From Phaeospirillum sp. (GTDB lineage Bacteria > Pseudomonadota > Alphaproteobacteria > Rhodospirillales > Magnetospirillaceae), in contig JAVBXM010000015.1 of the NCBI GenBank assembly GCA_030824585.1, positions 35,380-99,379 on the forward strand: DNA of 64,000 nucleotides, written 5' to 3'. The position numbers were made by a program, and so were the translations under genes. The notes below the pieces were generated by a model. The model searched no databases. It was given only the letters and a program-made list of their open reading frames with translations, and had not been told where the DNA came from. Below are positions 11,656 through 21,927 of the stretch, in pieces; the stretch's first letter is position 1, and each line of letters begins with the position of its first letter.

Positions 11656-11734
11656 CCATTCCATCGCCTATCCGTTTGAATGTCGATTGGCCCTAAGGCC
11701 ATCGCGCGTCATACCCGGCGCACGATGGCCTAAA

Positions 11735-13411
11735 TCAGGCGGCCCGCACGTTGGCGAGGAATTCCCGGACTTCATGTTCCAGGGCGGTGCTTTCCTCCAG
11801 CAACCCGTTGGCCGACTGGAATACCGCCTGGGCCATGCGTCCGGTCTCCGAGGCCGCCTGGGCCACGCCCGAGATGTTGCTGGCCACCTCGCGGGTGCCT
11901 TCGTTGGCCTGATCCACGTTGCGGGCGATTTCCGCCGTGGCGGCCCCCTGTTCCTCGACGGCGCCGGCGATCATGGTCGCCAGCTCGTTGATGCGCGAGA
12001 TGGTCCCCGAAATGCCGGAAATGGCCTCCACCGCCAATTGCGTCTCGGTCTGCACCGTGGCGATCTGCTGGGTGATCTCGTCGGTGGCCTTGGCGGTCTG
12101 GCCGGCCAGGTTCTTGACCTCGTGGGCGACCACGGCGAAGCCCTTGCCCGCCTCGCCGGCCCGCGCGCTCTCGATGGTGGCGTTGAGCGCCAGCAGGTTG
12201 GTCTGGCTGGCGATGTCGCTGATCAGGCCGACCACATGGCCGATCCGCTGGGCCGCCGCCGCCAGGCCGGAAATCTTGCGGGTCGCCTCCACCGCCTCGA
12301 CCTCGGCGGCCTTGGCGATGTCCGACGACTGGCGGACCTGACGCGAAATCTCGTGAATGGAGCTGGACAACTGGGCGCTGGCCGACGCCACCGTCCCCAC
12401 ATTGGCGGTGGCCTCGTCGGTGGCCGACGAAACGGCGCCGCTCTGGCGCTGGGTCTGCTCCGCATTGGCCGACAGGGTGTCGGCCGAACCGTGCAGCAGT
12501 TCCACCGCGGTCTTGACCCGGGCCAGGGTGGCTTCGATGGACTCGTCGAAGCGTTGGGTCGCGGTCTCGATGGCGCGCTGGCGAGTTTCGCGCTGGGCCA
12601 GTTGCCGCTGCTCCTCGGCCTTGTGGGCGGCGGCCTCGATCATGCCGACCCGCCAGCCGTCCAGGGCCTTGGCCAGCGGCCCGAACTCGTCCAGCCGCTC
12701 CGCCCCCGGCACCGTCAGGGCGGTGTCGCCCCCGGCCAGACGCCGCACCGCCTCGACCAGCCCGCTCAGCGGACGGGTGATGCCGCGGCCGATGGCCACC
12801 GCGAAGATCAGTCCGACGACCACGGCAATGCCGCCGATGACGGCCGACAGGGTACCGAATCCACTGATCCGGTCCTTGACCTCGGCCGCCCGCTCGTCGG
12901 CGGTGGAGCGGTAGCCCAGGGAAAGCGCCTCGCCGATCTTGTCGATGGTGGCGCTGATCTTGGCGGCGCTGACCCGCGACTCCACGTATTCCGGATGGTC
13001 GAACGCCACCTTGCGGGCCTTCAGGTCGGCGATCTTCTCCACCCTGACCTTATAGGCGGCGATCTGTTCGGCCAGTTCCCTCACCTGGGCCTGGCGCTCC
13101 GGAACGATGGTGGTGGTGCCCATCAGGCCTTCCACTTCCTTGATCAGCTCGCCGACCAGGGTATTGGCCCGCTGATAGCGGCTGATATCGTCGGTGGCGA
13201 AGTACACCCACATGTTGAAGCGGGCTTCATAGATGTGGCGCTCGATGGTTTCCAGCTTCAGGGCGTTGTCGCTGGCCCGCCGGCTGGTGGTGACGATCTC
13301 GGCCATGTCGCGGGCCGACATGGCGGCGAAGGTGGCCAGTCCGGCGATGAGGACGATCAGGACGGCAAAGCCGGCCAGGAGACGCGTGGCGATACCCAAT
13401 CTTGTCAGCAT
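11735..13411 (-). CDS. Methyl-accepting chemotaxis protein (TM-sensor-HAMP-signalling domain)
   Basis: 558 aa with an N-terminal TM helix, a HAMP region and the conserved MCP hairpin motif [37 protein letters not shown]. Confidence 0.9.
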   Translation of the reverse strand: MLTRLGIATRLLAGFAVLIVLIAGLATFAAMSARDMAEIVTTSRRASDNALKLETIERHIYEARFNMWVYFATDDISRYQRANTLVGELIKEVEGLMGTTTIVPERQAQVRELAEQIAAYKVRVEKIADLKARKVAFDHPEYVESRVSAAKISATIDKIGEALSLGYRSTADERAAEVKDRISGFGTLSAVIGGIAVVVGLIFAVAIGRGITRPLSGLVEAVRRLAGGDTALTVPGAERLDEFGPLAKALDGWRVGMIEAAAHKAEEQRQLAQRETRQRAIETATQRFDESIEATLARVKTAVELLHGSADTLSANAEQTQRQSGAVSSATDEATANVGTVASASAQLSSSIHEISRQVRQSSDIAKAAEVEAVEATRKISGLAAAAQRIGHVVGLISDIASQTNLLALNATIESARAGEAGKGFAVVAHEVKNLAGQTAKATDEITQQIATVQTETQLAVEAISGISGTISRINELATMIAGAVEEQGAATAEIARNVDQANEGTREVASNISGVAQAASETGRMAQAVFQSANGLLEESTALEHEVREFLANVRAA

Positions 13412-13480
13412 GGCTTCCTCGTTGACTCGGCTGACACAATGGGATGGTCAAGGCCGTGAAGGTGGTCGGAGCGTTCAAAA

Positions 13481-13745
13481 GGTGTTTACAAAATACATAA
13501 AATTGCGTCGTTGAGCTTATCCGGAAGGATAAGGAACACCTCAAGCATTGTACCAATCAAATATATACCCATTGATAGACAAACTCGGCACTTATGCCGT
13601 AAGGATAATCACGTATTATCATCTTAATTCAGGGAAGACCTCAATTGATAATGCCTGCTACCACACTTTCACTGTGGATGGGGAGTCACAAAATATGATT
13701 GCGCGTATACGTTTTCGGAATACGCCGAATAATAACAATTAAAAG
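13481..13745. other. AT-rich island (about 40% G+C by hand count) with multiple short hairpins; no supportable CDS
   Basis: Hand counts of four 60-nt lines give 37-43% G+C against a roughly 65% background. Hairpins: CTTATCCGGAAGGATAAG (13516-13533), its relative CTTATGCCGTAAGGATAAT (13591-13609), and GATAAT-CACGT-ATTATC (13604-13620). Confidence 0.7.
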
Positions 13746-13825
13746 ATGGTGACCACCCCCACCCCGGCCTCGGAGAGGGAAAAGCCGGTGGACGGTGTGG
13801 GAAAGTGGGGAACCGAGGGTCTTTA

Positions 13826-13962
13826 AAGTGCATCAGCTTCAAGCCGAAGCACTCCAGGATTCTGTATATACGAAAAAGCTCCGCTTTTTCAGGGCTCAGA
13901 CGCCGCTCGGGCTTAAGAGTTTTTCGACTTTCCGATTCAGCTCAAATGCGAAAAACTCTAAG
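13826..13962 (+). repeat. MITE/REP-like structured dispersed repeat, copy A (about 137 bp)
   Basis: About 95% identical by eye to the reverse complement of 48363-48500. It contains three hairpins (GTGCATCAGCTT/AAGC(C)GAAGCAC, GAAAAAGC-TCC-GCTTTTTC, AGAGTTTTTCG...CGAAAAACTCT). Its ends are related to CTTAGAGT/ACTCTAAG. Confidence 0.85.
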
Positions 13963-14422
13963 GACAGACCTTGTAGTCGTCGGTCACTTGGTTGCGGACC
14001 ACCTTGGACAACTTGCTGAAGGCGGCGAAGCCCCGCTTCTCGATGGTCTGCAGCAGATCGTCGATGTTGTCGCAGAACCCCTCGGTCAGCGAGATGTTGC
14101 GGGCATAGGTGACCAGCCGGCCGTCGGCGTAGTTGATCTGATACTTCCAGTCGTCGGGAAATTCGCGCTGCCAGGCCTTTTGCCGCCGGTCCACGGCGGA
14201 GCGGAACTTGGCGCCGTTGGCGCCTTCGATCTTCTGCCAGCGGTCGCGGGCTCCCGGCAGCAGCCGCTCGTTACAGCGATTGGCGGCCTCGCGCAGGAAG
14301 ATGCCCTGGCGCACTTCCTGCTCCGACTTGATCTCGGCCTGGGAAAAGCACTTCTTGGGCGCGGCGGCCCCGGCGGCGGCGGGGATCAGGATAGCGGCGA
14401 CGAGGATTGCGGCGCGGAGCAT
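13958..14422 (-). CDS. Secreted/periplasmic hypothetical protein (signal peptide, 4 Cys)
   Basis: 154 aa with the signal-like N-terminus MLRAAILVAAILIPAAAGAAAPKK. Coding-like third-position GC. The stop codon lies inside repeat copy A. No family recognised. Confidence 0.5.
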   Translation of the reverse strand: MLRAAILVAAILIPAAAGAAAPKKCFSQAEIKSEQEVRQGIFLREAANRCNERLLPGARDRWQKIEGANGAKFRSAVDRRQKAWQREFPDDWKYQINYADGRLVTYARNISLTEGFCDNIDDLLQTIEKRGFAAFSKLSKVVRNQVTDDYKVCP

Positions 14423-15041
14423 GCGGCGGCCTTGCGGTTGGACGTCGCTCCATTATGCCGCAGCCGCGCCACTACCCGCCAGCCGAGAAGCATGGACAGG
14501 ATGAATGCGTGGATGGCCGGCTCGGTGATGTCCTTCTTGACCATCATCCAGTGGTGGGTCACCCCCAGCGGCGCGATGAGGTAGACCAGCCGGTGCAATG
14601 CCCGCCAGCGTCGTCCGCCCAGGCGGCGCACCATGGAATCGGTGGAGGTGACGGCCAGCGGGATCAGCAGCAGCACCGCCAGCATGCCCAGGGTGATGTA
14701 GCGGCGCTTGACGATCTCGCGGCCGATGGCGTTCCAGTCGAAGAACTGGTCCAGCCCCACATAGGAGCTGAAATGCAGCACCACATAGGCGAAGGCGAAC
14801 AGCCCCAGCATGCGGCGCCAGCGCGCCACGGCGTTCCAGCCGCTCAGGGCCCGCAGCGGCGTCACCGCCAGGGCGATCAGCAGGAAACGCAGCGCCCAGT
14901 CGCCGAGGAACCGGTTGGTGGCCTCGATGGGATTGGCCCCCAGCCCACCGGTCGCCGCCCGCACCGCCAACAGGCCCAGAGGAATCAGGCAGGCGGCGAA
15001 CAGCACAGGCTTGACCCAGGATTGCCGCAGGACCTTATCCA

Positions 15042-15042
<1 letters not shown>
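14386..15042 (-). CDS. msrQ: Protein-methionine-sulfoxide reductase haem-binding subunit MsrQ (YedZ)
   Basis: 218 aa starting MDKVLRQSWVKPVLFAACLIPL, a multi-TM ferric-reductase-like protein with conserved His residues. The ATG overlaps the msrP stop (TGATG). Confidence 0.85.
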
Positions 15043-15977
<935 letters not shown>

Positions 15978-16033
15978 TCCACCAACCTCTTGAAGACGGG
16001 TTCGTCGCCCGGCCCCGGAAGGTTACATGGGGA

Positions 16034-17101
16034 TCACGGCTTGGGTTTGGAACAGACCCGCTTCACCGCCTGCCAGTCGGTATCCGACAGGGCCGGCAGA
16101 TGGGGTTCCGGCCGCCGCCGCGCCTCCACCGCCGCCGCGCGGCTGCCGGATTCGGGATGGGTGCCCAGCCAGGCGAGCACCTGTCCCTGCCGCCCCTCCA
16201 TGGTCTCCAGGCGGCGGAAGAACTGGACGAGGCCGTCCGAGCCGATCCCCGCCGCCTCGAGCAGGCTCAGCGCCCCCAGGTCGGCGGCGCTCTCGTCCTC
16301 GCGGGAATAGGCGCCGGCCAGGGCGGCGCCCAGGCCGCTGGCCACCAGCCCCGAGGCGTCGCCGGTGATCATGGTGGCGAACACGCCGACCCCCAGCGCC
16401 CGGATCATGGCGGCGGTGACGTGGCGTTGGCCGATATGGGTCAGTTCATGGGCCAGCACCCCGGCCAGTTCATCCGGCCCCTCGACCTTGGCCAGCAGGC
16501 CGGAGAACAGGATGATCTCGCCGCCCGGCAGGGCCAGGGCGTTGATGTCCTTCGACCGCAGGACGTGGATGTTCACCTGCCGCCGCTCGGCCGGCAGGGG
16601 CTCGGCCAGACGGCGGGCCAGGGCGTCCAGCACCCGCAGGCCGTCGCGCCCCTCGCAGGCCTTCATCTGGCCTTCCAGGCCGGTGGCGATGGACTGGCCC
16701 CACTGGCGCTCCAGCCCCACGGGAACCAGATGGGCCAGCAGCCTGGAGCCCGGAGCCAGGCCGAGCATCAGGCCGACCAGCACCCCCGCTCCCAGCAGGC
16801 AGACCAGGACCAGGGCATGACGCTTGCGCCGGGGCGGAGCCGGCGGCTGGGGCAGTGCCTCGCGGATCACATAGGCATCCTCGACCGCCAGCCGGGCGTC
16901 GGGCTCGGAGGCGCAGCGCAGCCGTATCCCGCGCTTTTCCGGCCAGTCGCCGTCGGCGATCAGGTCGCCGGTCTTCCACACCGCCACGAGAAAGCCGTCG
17001 GCCCCCCGGATTTCCAGGCCGGTAGCCAGAACGCGGACCACCACCTTGCGCATGGCGGCGCTGCGTCCGTCGCTGAAGCGTCCCGGCCGATCGGCTTCCA
17101 T
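16034..17101 (-). CDS. M48-family zinc metallopeptidase with an uncharacterised N-terminal domain
   Basis: HExxH motif HELTHIGQRH, a central TM segment, and an N-terminal domain of about 90 aa of unknown function. The ATG at 17101 lies 5 nt after the DUF898 stop. Confidence 0.8.
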   Translation of the reverse strand: MEADRPGRFSDGRSAAMRKVVVRVLATGLEIRGADGFLVAVWKTGDLIADGDWPEKRGIRLRCASEPDARLAVEDAYVIREALPQPPAPPRRKRHALVLVCLLGAGVLVGLMLGLAPGSRLLAHLVPVGLERQWGQSIATGLEGQMKACEGRDGLRVLDALARRLAEPLPAERRQVNIHVLRSKDINALALPGGEIILFSGLLAKVEGPDELAGVLAHELTHIGQRHVTAAMIRALGVGVFATMITGDASGLVASGLGAALAGAYSREDESAADLGALSLLEAAGIGSDGLVQFFRRLETMEGRQGQVLAWLGTHPESGSRAAAVEARRRPEPHLPALSDTDWQAVKRVCSKPKP

Positions 17102-17106
17102 GCCGG

Positions 17107-18183
17107 TCAAAACTCCCCGGCTCCGTCCAGCACGGCGATCAGCCCCTCGCCGGTCTTGGGGCCGGCATCATCGGAGCGGTGCACGGCGGCGAAATCGGGC
17201 TCGCCCTCCACCCCGATGATCGCGCAGCCATAGCGGAAGGTGCGCAAGGATGCCCAGGGGCGCAGGATGCCGAGGCTGAACAGCGAGATCACCATGTTGC
17301 CGGCCACCAGCCGCATCAGCCGCCACGCCCCGGCGTCGGCGGCGAAACGGCTGCCCTCGAACCGGATGCCGGCGGCCAGGTTGCGGTAGAATCCGGCCCG
17401 GTACCACGCCCAGGGCAGGGCCAGAACGACCACCGCCACCACGGCCAGGGTCACGGTGAAGAGAAAGCCGACCCTGGCTTCGGACAGGCCGCTCTCTCTG
17501 GCCACTTCCGCCGCGCCCCAGGCCAGGAAAGCGGCGACCAGGGCGAACAGCAGCCCGCTGATCCACGCCAGGAAAAAGCGGCCATAGAGGCCCGACGCGC
17601 TGGCGTCGCAGGTGAAGTGCCGATCCCCGAACGTCGTGTTGTTGAAGCGGTAGCGGGCCAGCCACATCTCGCCCCACGGCAAGGCCCAGCCCAGGCTCAG
17701 CGGCACGGCGATCCACATCACCAGCGAGCGCAGGGCATAGCCCCAGCCCGAGCCGGTCTGGCCGCCCCGAATACCGCGCCAGCGGGTCCGCGACATCTGG
17801 TAGCGGCGCGCCCGATAGAGCCCCACCGCCACCAGCAGCACCGTCAACAGGTAGAGCACCGACATCACCAGCCCGCCCAGCGGATTGCCGGCGACGAGCA
17901 GCACCTGCGCCCAGGCGAGGCCACCGACGATGGGCAGATAGATGAGGAACAGGACCAGCAGGAAGCCGATGAACAGCTCCTTGCCGGTACCGGTGTATTC
18001 CACCGGGTCGCCCCAGGCGCTGGTACCGCCCCACAGCAGGCGGCGCACCCGGGTCTTGCCCCAGAACCGCCACAGCGACAAGGTGACCACCGACAGGACC
18101 AGATTGACCAGGGCCAGCCGGATCATGGCCCCGCTGCCGCCGGAATGGGCGAAGGGACGCTGCAAGGGCGTGGAACTTGACAT
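17107..18183 (-). CDS. YjgN/DUF898-family polytopic inner-membrane protein
   Basis: 358 aa from the ATG at 18183, which has a GGAG RBS. It has multiple TM helices, a repeated WRFWGKTR / YRARRY-type architecture, and a C-terminal half ending FRYGCAIIGVEGEPDF, typical of DUF898. Confidence 0.65.
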   Translation of the reverse strand: MSSSTPLQRPFAHSGGSGAMIRLALVNLVLSVVTLSLWRFWGKTRVRRLLWGGTSAWGDPVEYTGTGKELFIGFLLVLFLIYLPIVGGLAWAQVLLVAGNPLGGLVMSVLYLLTVLLVAVGLYRARRYQMSRTRWRGIRGGQTGSGWGYALRSLVMWIAVPLSLGWALPWGEMWLARYRFNNTTFGDRHFTCDASASGLYGRFFLAWISGLLFALVAAFLAWGAAEVARESGLSEARVGFLFTVTLAVVAVVVLALPWAWYRAGFYRNLAAGIRFEGSRFAADAGAWRLMRLVAGNMVISLFSLGILRPWASLRTFRYGCAIIGVEGEPDFAAVHRSDDAGPKTGEGLIAVLDGAGEF

Positions 18184-18241
18184 GAAATTCTCCCCGGACC
18201 GGATTTCCCCAGGGTAACCCGGTCCGGGAAGCAAGGAAACC

Positions 18242-19924
18242 TCAGCCGGCGCGAATCTTGTCGATGAACTCCGTCACCTCGCGGCCCAGCACGTCGGACT
18301 GGCCCGAGAGGTTGCCGGATTCCCGCAGAACCTCCTCGGAGGTATCGCCGGCCTGGCGGGCGGCGGCGCTGACACCCGTGATGTTGCGGGCCACCGCCTC
18401 GGTGCCCTGGGCGGCCTCCTCCACGTTGCGGGCGATCTCGGCGGTGGCGGCCTGCTGCTCCTGTACCGCCGAGGCGATGGAGGAAGTGACCTGCGACAGT
18501 TCGCTGATGGTCGACAGGATATCCTGGATGGCATCCACCGCCTGGCGGGTCGCCCCCTGGACTTCACCGATCTGGCTGGAAATCTCGTCGGTGGCCTTGG
18601 CGGTCTGGTTGGCGAGGTTCTTCACCTCGTTGGCCACCACGGCGAAACCCTTTCCGGCGTCGCCGGCCCGCGCCGCCTCGATGGTGGCGTTGAGCGCCAG
18701 AAGATTGGTCTGGGCGGCGATGTCGTTGATCAGGCTGACCACGTCGCCGATACGGCTGGCAGCGTCGGCCAGACTCTGGACGATGGCGCCGGTCTGCTCG
18801 GCCTTGGTGACGGCGTGATTGGTGGTGGTGGACGAGGTGTCCACCTGCCGGGCGATCTCGGCGATGGAGGCCGACAGTTCCTCGGCGGCCGACGCCACCG
18901 TCTGGACGTTGGACGAGGCGTGCTCGGCCGCATCGGCCGCCGCTCCCGCCTGACGGGAGGCCTGTTCCGCCGCCGCCGACATGGAGGACGCGGTGCTGCT
19001 CATCTTGGTCGCCGCCCCGGCCACGTGATCGACCACCGCCTTGACGTGGCCCTCGAACTCACCGGCCAGGGTATTCATGGCGGCGCGGCGCTCGGCATCG
19101 GCTTTGGTCTTGCTCGCCGCCTGCTCGGCCTCCAGGCGCTTGACCGCTTGCCCGTTCTCCTTGAACACCTCGACGGTGCGGGCCATGTCGCCCACCTCGT
19201 CGCCCCGCTGGCGGGCCGGAACCTCGATGCCGTAATCACCGCAGGCCATGCGCTCCATGACGGCGCGCAAGCCGCCCAGCGGCCCGGTGATGCTCCGGGT
19301 GATCAGCACGGCGATGCCGCCCAGCAGCACGGACAGGACCAGGATGGAAACCAGCATGGCGGTGTTGGCCGCGTGGTGCTCCGCCTCGGCGGTCGTGGCC
19401 ATGGCCTCGGCCTTGGCCTTGGAGAAGGTCCCCAGTTCCTCGAACAGGTCGCTGATCAGCTTGACCTGGGCGGCGCCCTCGGTCTTGGTGATGGCGGCGC
19501 CCTCGGCCCGCTGCCCGGCCCGGAGATGGGTGATCACCCGCTCGCGGATGGGCTTCCAATCCTCGATGGCCTTGCGCAGCGCCACCATCCGGGTCTTGTC
19601 GCCCAGGAAACGCGACGCCGCGATATCCAGGTGCTCGAAAACCTCCGTCTCGGAGGTGCTGACCGCCGCCACCGCCGCATCCAGTTGGGCGGCGTCCTGG
19701 GACAGGGCGACATCCTTCATGCTGCGATGCATGGCGATCAGGTCGGACTTGGCCTCCAGCAGATTGGCGGTCACCGTGTAGGGATGGTCGTACATCTTGG
19801 TGGTCAGGGCCGCCACGCCGTCGATGATCTCCAGCGATCGCCAGCCCAATCCCCCCACCAGGACAAGAATCAAGGCGAACGCCACATAGAGGCGACTACC
19901 GATCTTCATATTGCTCAAGGACAT
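18242..19924 (-). CDS. Methyl-accepting chemotaxis protein
   Basis: Conserved motif [37 protein letters not shown], a HAMP region and an N-terminal TM helix. The start [12 protein letters not shown] (ATG at 19924) is preferred over 19963. Confidence 0.9.
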   Translation of the reverse strand: MSLSNMKIGSRLYVAFALILVLVGGLGWRSLEIIDGVAALTTKMYDHPYTVTANLLEAKSDLIAMHRSMKDVALSQDAAQLDAAVAAVSTSETEVFEHLDIAASRFLGDKTRMVALRKAIEDWKPIRERVITHLRAGQRAEGAAITKTEGAAQVKLISDLFEELGTFSKAKAEAMATTAEAEHHAANTAMLVSILVLSVLLGGIAVLITRSITGPLGGLRAVMERMACGDYGIEVPARQRGDEVGDMARTVEVFKENGQAVKRLEAEQAASKTKADAERRAAMNTLAGEFEGHVKAVVDHVAGAATKMSSTASSMSAAAEQASRQAGAAADAAEHASSNVQTVASAAEELSASIAEIARQVDTSSTTTNHAVTKAEQTGAIVQSLADAASRIGDVVSLINDIAAQTNLLALNATIEAARAGDAGKGFAVVANEVKNLANQTAKATDEISSQIGEVQGATRQAVDAIQDILSTISELSQVTSSIASAVQEQQAATAEIARNVEEAAQGTEAVARNITGVSAAARQAGDTSEEVLRESGNLSGQSDVLGREVTEFIDKIRAG

Positions 19925-20081
19925 AGGACACCTTCCCCACAAGGGACCATTTGAATAGGCCATTTAGATACCACCTGCGACCTATGTATATAAGTGTTTT
20001 CCTCGGCCCATGAGGCACGATGCGGCATGCCGCGCCCGCTGCTACACTGGCGGGCAGTTTCCATCCGCCCAGGAGGCAACC

Positions 20082-21077
20082 GTGACCGACTTCCCCGCAC
20101 TGATGCTTGACGAGATCGACGGCAAGGTGACCGCCTCCATCCGCCGGCTGGTCGATTCCGACCTGCCCGAGGGCGAGGTGCTGGTCAAGGTCGAGTACAG
20201 CACCCTCAACTACAAGGACGGCATGATCCTCAACGGGCTGGGCCGCTTGGTGCGCAAGTACCCACATGTCCCCGGCGTGGATTTCGCCGGCACGGTCGAG
20301 GCCAGCGCGTCATCGGAGTTCAAGCCGGGCGACAAGGTGATCCTTACCGGCTGGCGGGTAGGCGAGACCCATTGGGGTGGCTATGGGGCCAAGGCCCGCG
20401 TCAAGGCCGAGTGGCTGGTTCCCCTGCCCGCCGGCCTTTCCACCCGGCAGGCAATGGCGGTGGGCACCGCCGGCTTCACCGCCATGCTGGCGGTGATGGC
20501 GCTGGAGGATCACGGCCTGCGCGCCACCGATGAGGGCGAGGTGCTGGTCACCGGCGCGGCCGGCGGCCTGGGCAGCGTCGCGGTGCTGCTGCTGTCCAGG
20601 CTGGGCTACCGGGTGGCCGCCTCGACGGGACGGGAAAGCCTGGGCGACTACCTGCGCTCGCTGGGCGCCAGCTCCATCGTCGACCGCGCCGAGGTGGGCG
20701 CCCCGCCGGCCAAGCCGCTGCTGTCCGAGCGCTGGGCGGCGGCGGTGGACAGCGTGGGCGGCGCCACCCTGGCCAACACCGTCGCCAGCTTGCGCATGCG
20801 CGGCGCCGTGGCGTCGTGCGGCAATGCCGGCGGCATCGAGTTCAATATGACGGTGCTGCCCTTCCTGCTGCGCGGCGCCAGCATCCTGGGCATCGATTCG
20901 GTGATGTGCCCGAAGCCCAGGCGCCTAGCCGCCTGGAAGCGCCTCGCCGAGCTGTTGCCGCTCGACAAGCTGGATTCCCTGACCACCGAGGTGCGTCTGG
21001 TGGACCTGCCCGAGATGGGAGCCAAGATCCTCAAGGGCGACATCAAGGGCCGGGTGGTGGTGGACCCTAACCGGTAA
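20082..21077 (+). CDS. acuI: Acrylyl-CoA reductase / YhdH-type MDR NADPH:quinone oxidoreductase
   Basis: VTDFPALMLDE...VLVKVEYSTLNYKDGMIL...VPGVDFAGTV and the NADPH motif VTGAAGGLGSVAV. The GTG at 20082 is preceded by AGGAGG. Confidence 0.8.
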   Translation: MTDFPALMLDEIDGKVTASIRRLVDSDLPEGEVLVKVEYSTLNYKDGMILNGLGRLVRKYPHVPGVDFAGTVEASASSEFKPGDKVILTGWRVGETHWGGYGAKARVKAEWLVPLPAGLSTRQAMAVGTAGFTAMLAVMALEDHGLRATDEGEVLVTGAAGGLGSVAVLLLSRLGYRVAASTGRESLGDYLRSLGASSIVDRAEVGAPPAKPLLSERWAAAVDSVGGATLANTVASLRMRGAVASCGNAGGIEFNMTVLPFLLRGASILGIDSVMCPKPRRLAAWKRLAELLPLDKLDSLTTEVRLVDLPEMGAKILKGDIKGRVVVDPNR

Positions 21078-21927
21078 TCGCCCGCCGCCGCCGCTTCACC
21101 GCCCAGATGAAGGCGATGGCGGTGAGGTTCATGACGAAGGCGTAGACGATGCTGGGCACCATCATGGCCGGGTTGCCCAGCAGCGTCACCGCCACGAAGA
21201 TGCCCAGCGCCCCGTTCTGCAGGCCGTTCTCCATCACGATGGCGATGCGGTCGGCCAGCTCCAGCCGGGCGAAGGCGCCCAGCAGCCAGGCGCCGGTCAT
21301 GGCGGCCAGATTGAGGGCCAGGGCGGCCGGCACCACGTCACCCACATGGTCGACCAGCGACTGGCGCTGGCTGACGAAGGCTCCCACCACGATCAGGGCG
21401 AACAGCAAGGTGGCCACCGGCCGGGCGACGCGGCCCATCCGCCCGGCCGTCTTGGGCCAGAAGCGCTGAATGCCCAACCCCAGGGCCAGCGGCACCGTAT
21501 CCACCAGGAAGATGCCCAGCGTCATCTTGCCCACCGGAATCTCGACCGACCGGTCATAGCCCGCGAACAGGGCGAGGCCCACATTGACCAGCAGGGGCAC
21601 CGTCACGGTGGCGGCCAGGGAGGTGAGCGCGGTGATGGTGGCGGCCAGGGCGATGCGCCCGCCGGCATGATGGGTGAGCAGCGCCGAGGTCACCCCGGCG
21701 GGGCAGGCGGCCAGCAGGATCATGCCGACGGCGAAGTCGGCCTGGGGCCTCCAGGCCAGAACCAGGGCCAGCCCCAGGGCGGGCAGCAGCAGCAGCTTGG
21801 CCGCCAGTCCCACCGCCATGGCCTTGGGCCGGCCGAACACGACGCGAAAATCGCGGCCGTCCATGGTCAGGCCCATGGCGAACATGATGAAGGCCAGGGC
21901 CAGCGGCAGGGCGGCCTGGGTGATCAC
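21067..21927 (-). CDS. Bile acid:Na+ symporter (BASS/SBF) family transporter
   Basis: 286 aa, ...LPLALAFIMFAMGLTMDGRDFRVVF...LLAACPAGVTSALLTHHAGG..., the SBF pattern. The GTG start overlaps the menA stop (GTGA at 21924-21927). The long N-terminal extension in the ORF track was rejected. Confidence 0.7.
   Translation of the reverse strand: MITQAALPLALAFIMFAMGLTMDGRDFRVVFGRPKAMAVGLAAKLLLLPALGLALVLAWRPQADFAVGMILLAACPAGVTSALLTHHAGGRIALAATITALTSLAATVTVPLLVNVGLALFAGYDRSVEIPVGKMTLGIFLVDTVPLALGLGIQRFWPKTAGRMGRVARPVATLLFALIVVGAFVSQRQSLVDHVGDVVPAALALNLAAMTGAWLLGAFARLELADRIAIVMENGLQNGALGIFVAVTLLGNPAMMVPSIVYAFVMNLTAIAFIWAVKRRRRAITG

Noticed and set aside
12100-12260. DNA-level similarity among the three MCP genes (also around 18620-18740 and 48880-48990), considered as a possible dispersed repeat.
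   Set aside because: This is the universally conserved MCP signalling hairpin (…[17 protein letters not shown]…GFAVVA.EVK.LA) of paralogous genes. It is not a mobile or non-coding repeat.
13548-13742. 64-aa ORF inside the AT-rich island (MYQSNIYPLIDKLG...NTPNNNN).
   Set aside because: It has a TTG start, no recognisable RBS and no domain, and its composition simply mirrors the AT-rich DNA. It cannot be supported as a gene from sequence alone.
13795-14019. ORFs reading through the two repeat copies (both contain VHQLQAEALQDSVYTKKLRFFRAQ...; the second is 48161-48583, minus strand).
   Set aside because: The shared peptide is a by-product of the repeated DNA. The sequence is hairpin-dense, and in copy B the ORF overlaps the real MCP gene. 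It is treated as a non-coding repeat.
21067-21077. 11-nt convergent overlap of the acuI and BASS-transporter 3' ends, considered as a possible antisense-regulation site.
   Set aside because: Short convergent overlaps are common in compact high-GC genomes. Nothing here beyond the overlap itself can be supported.
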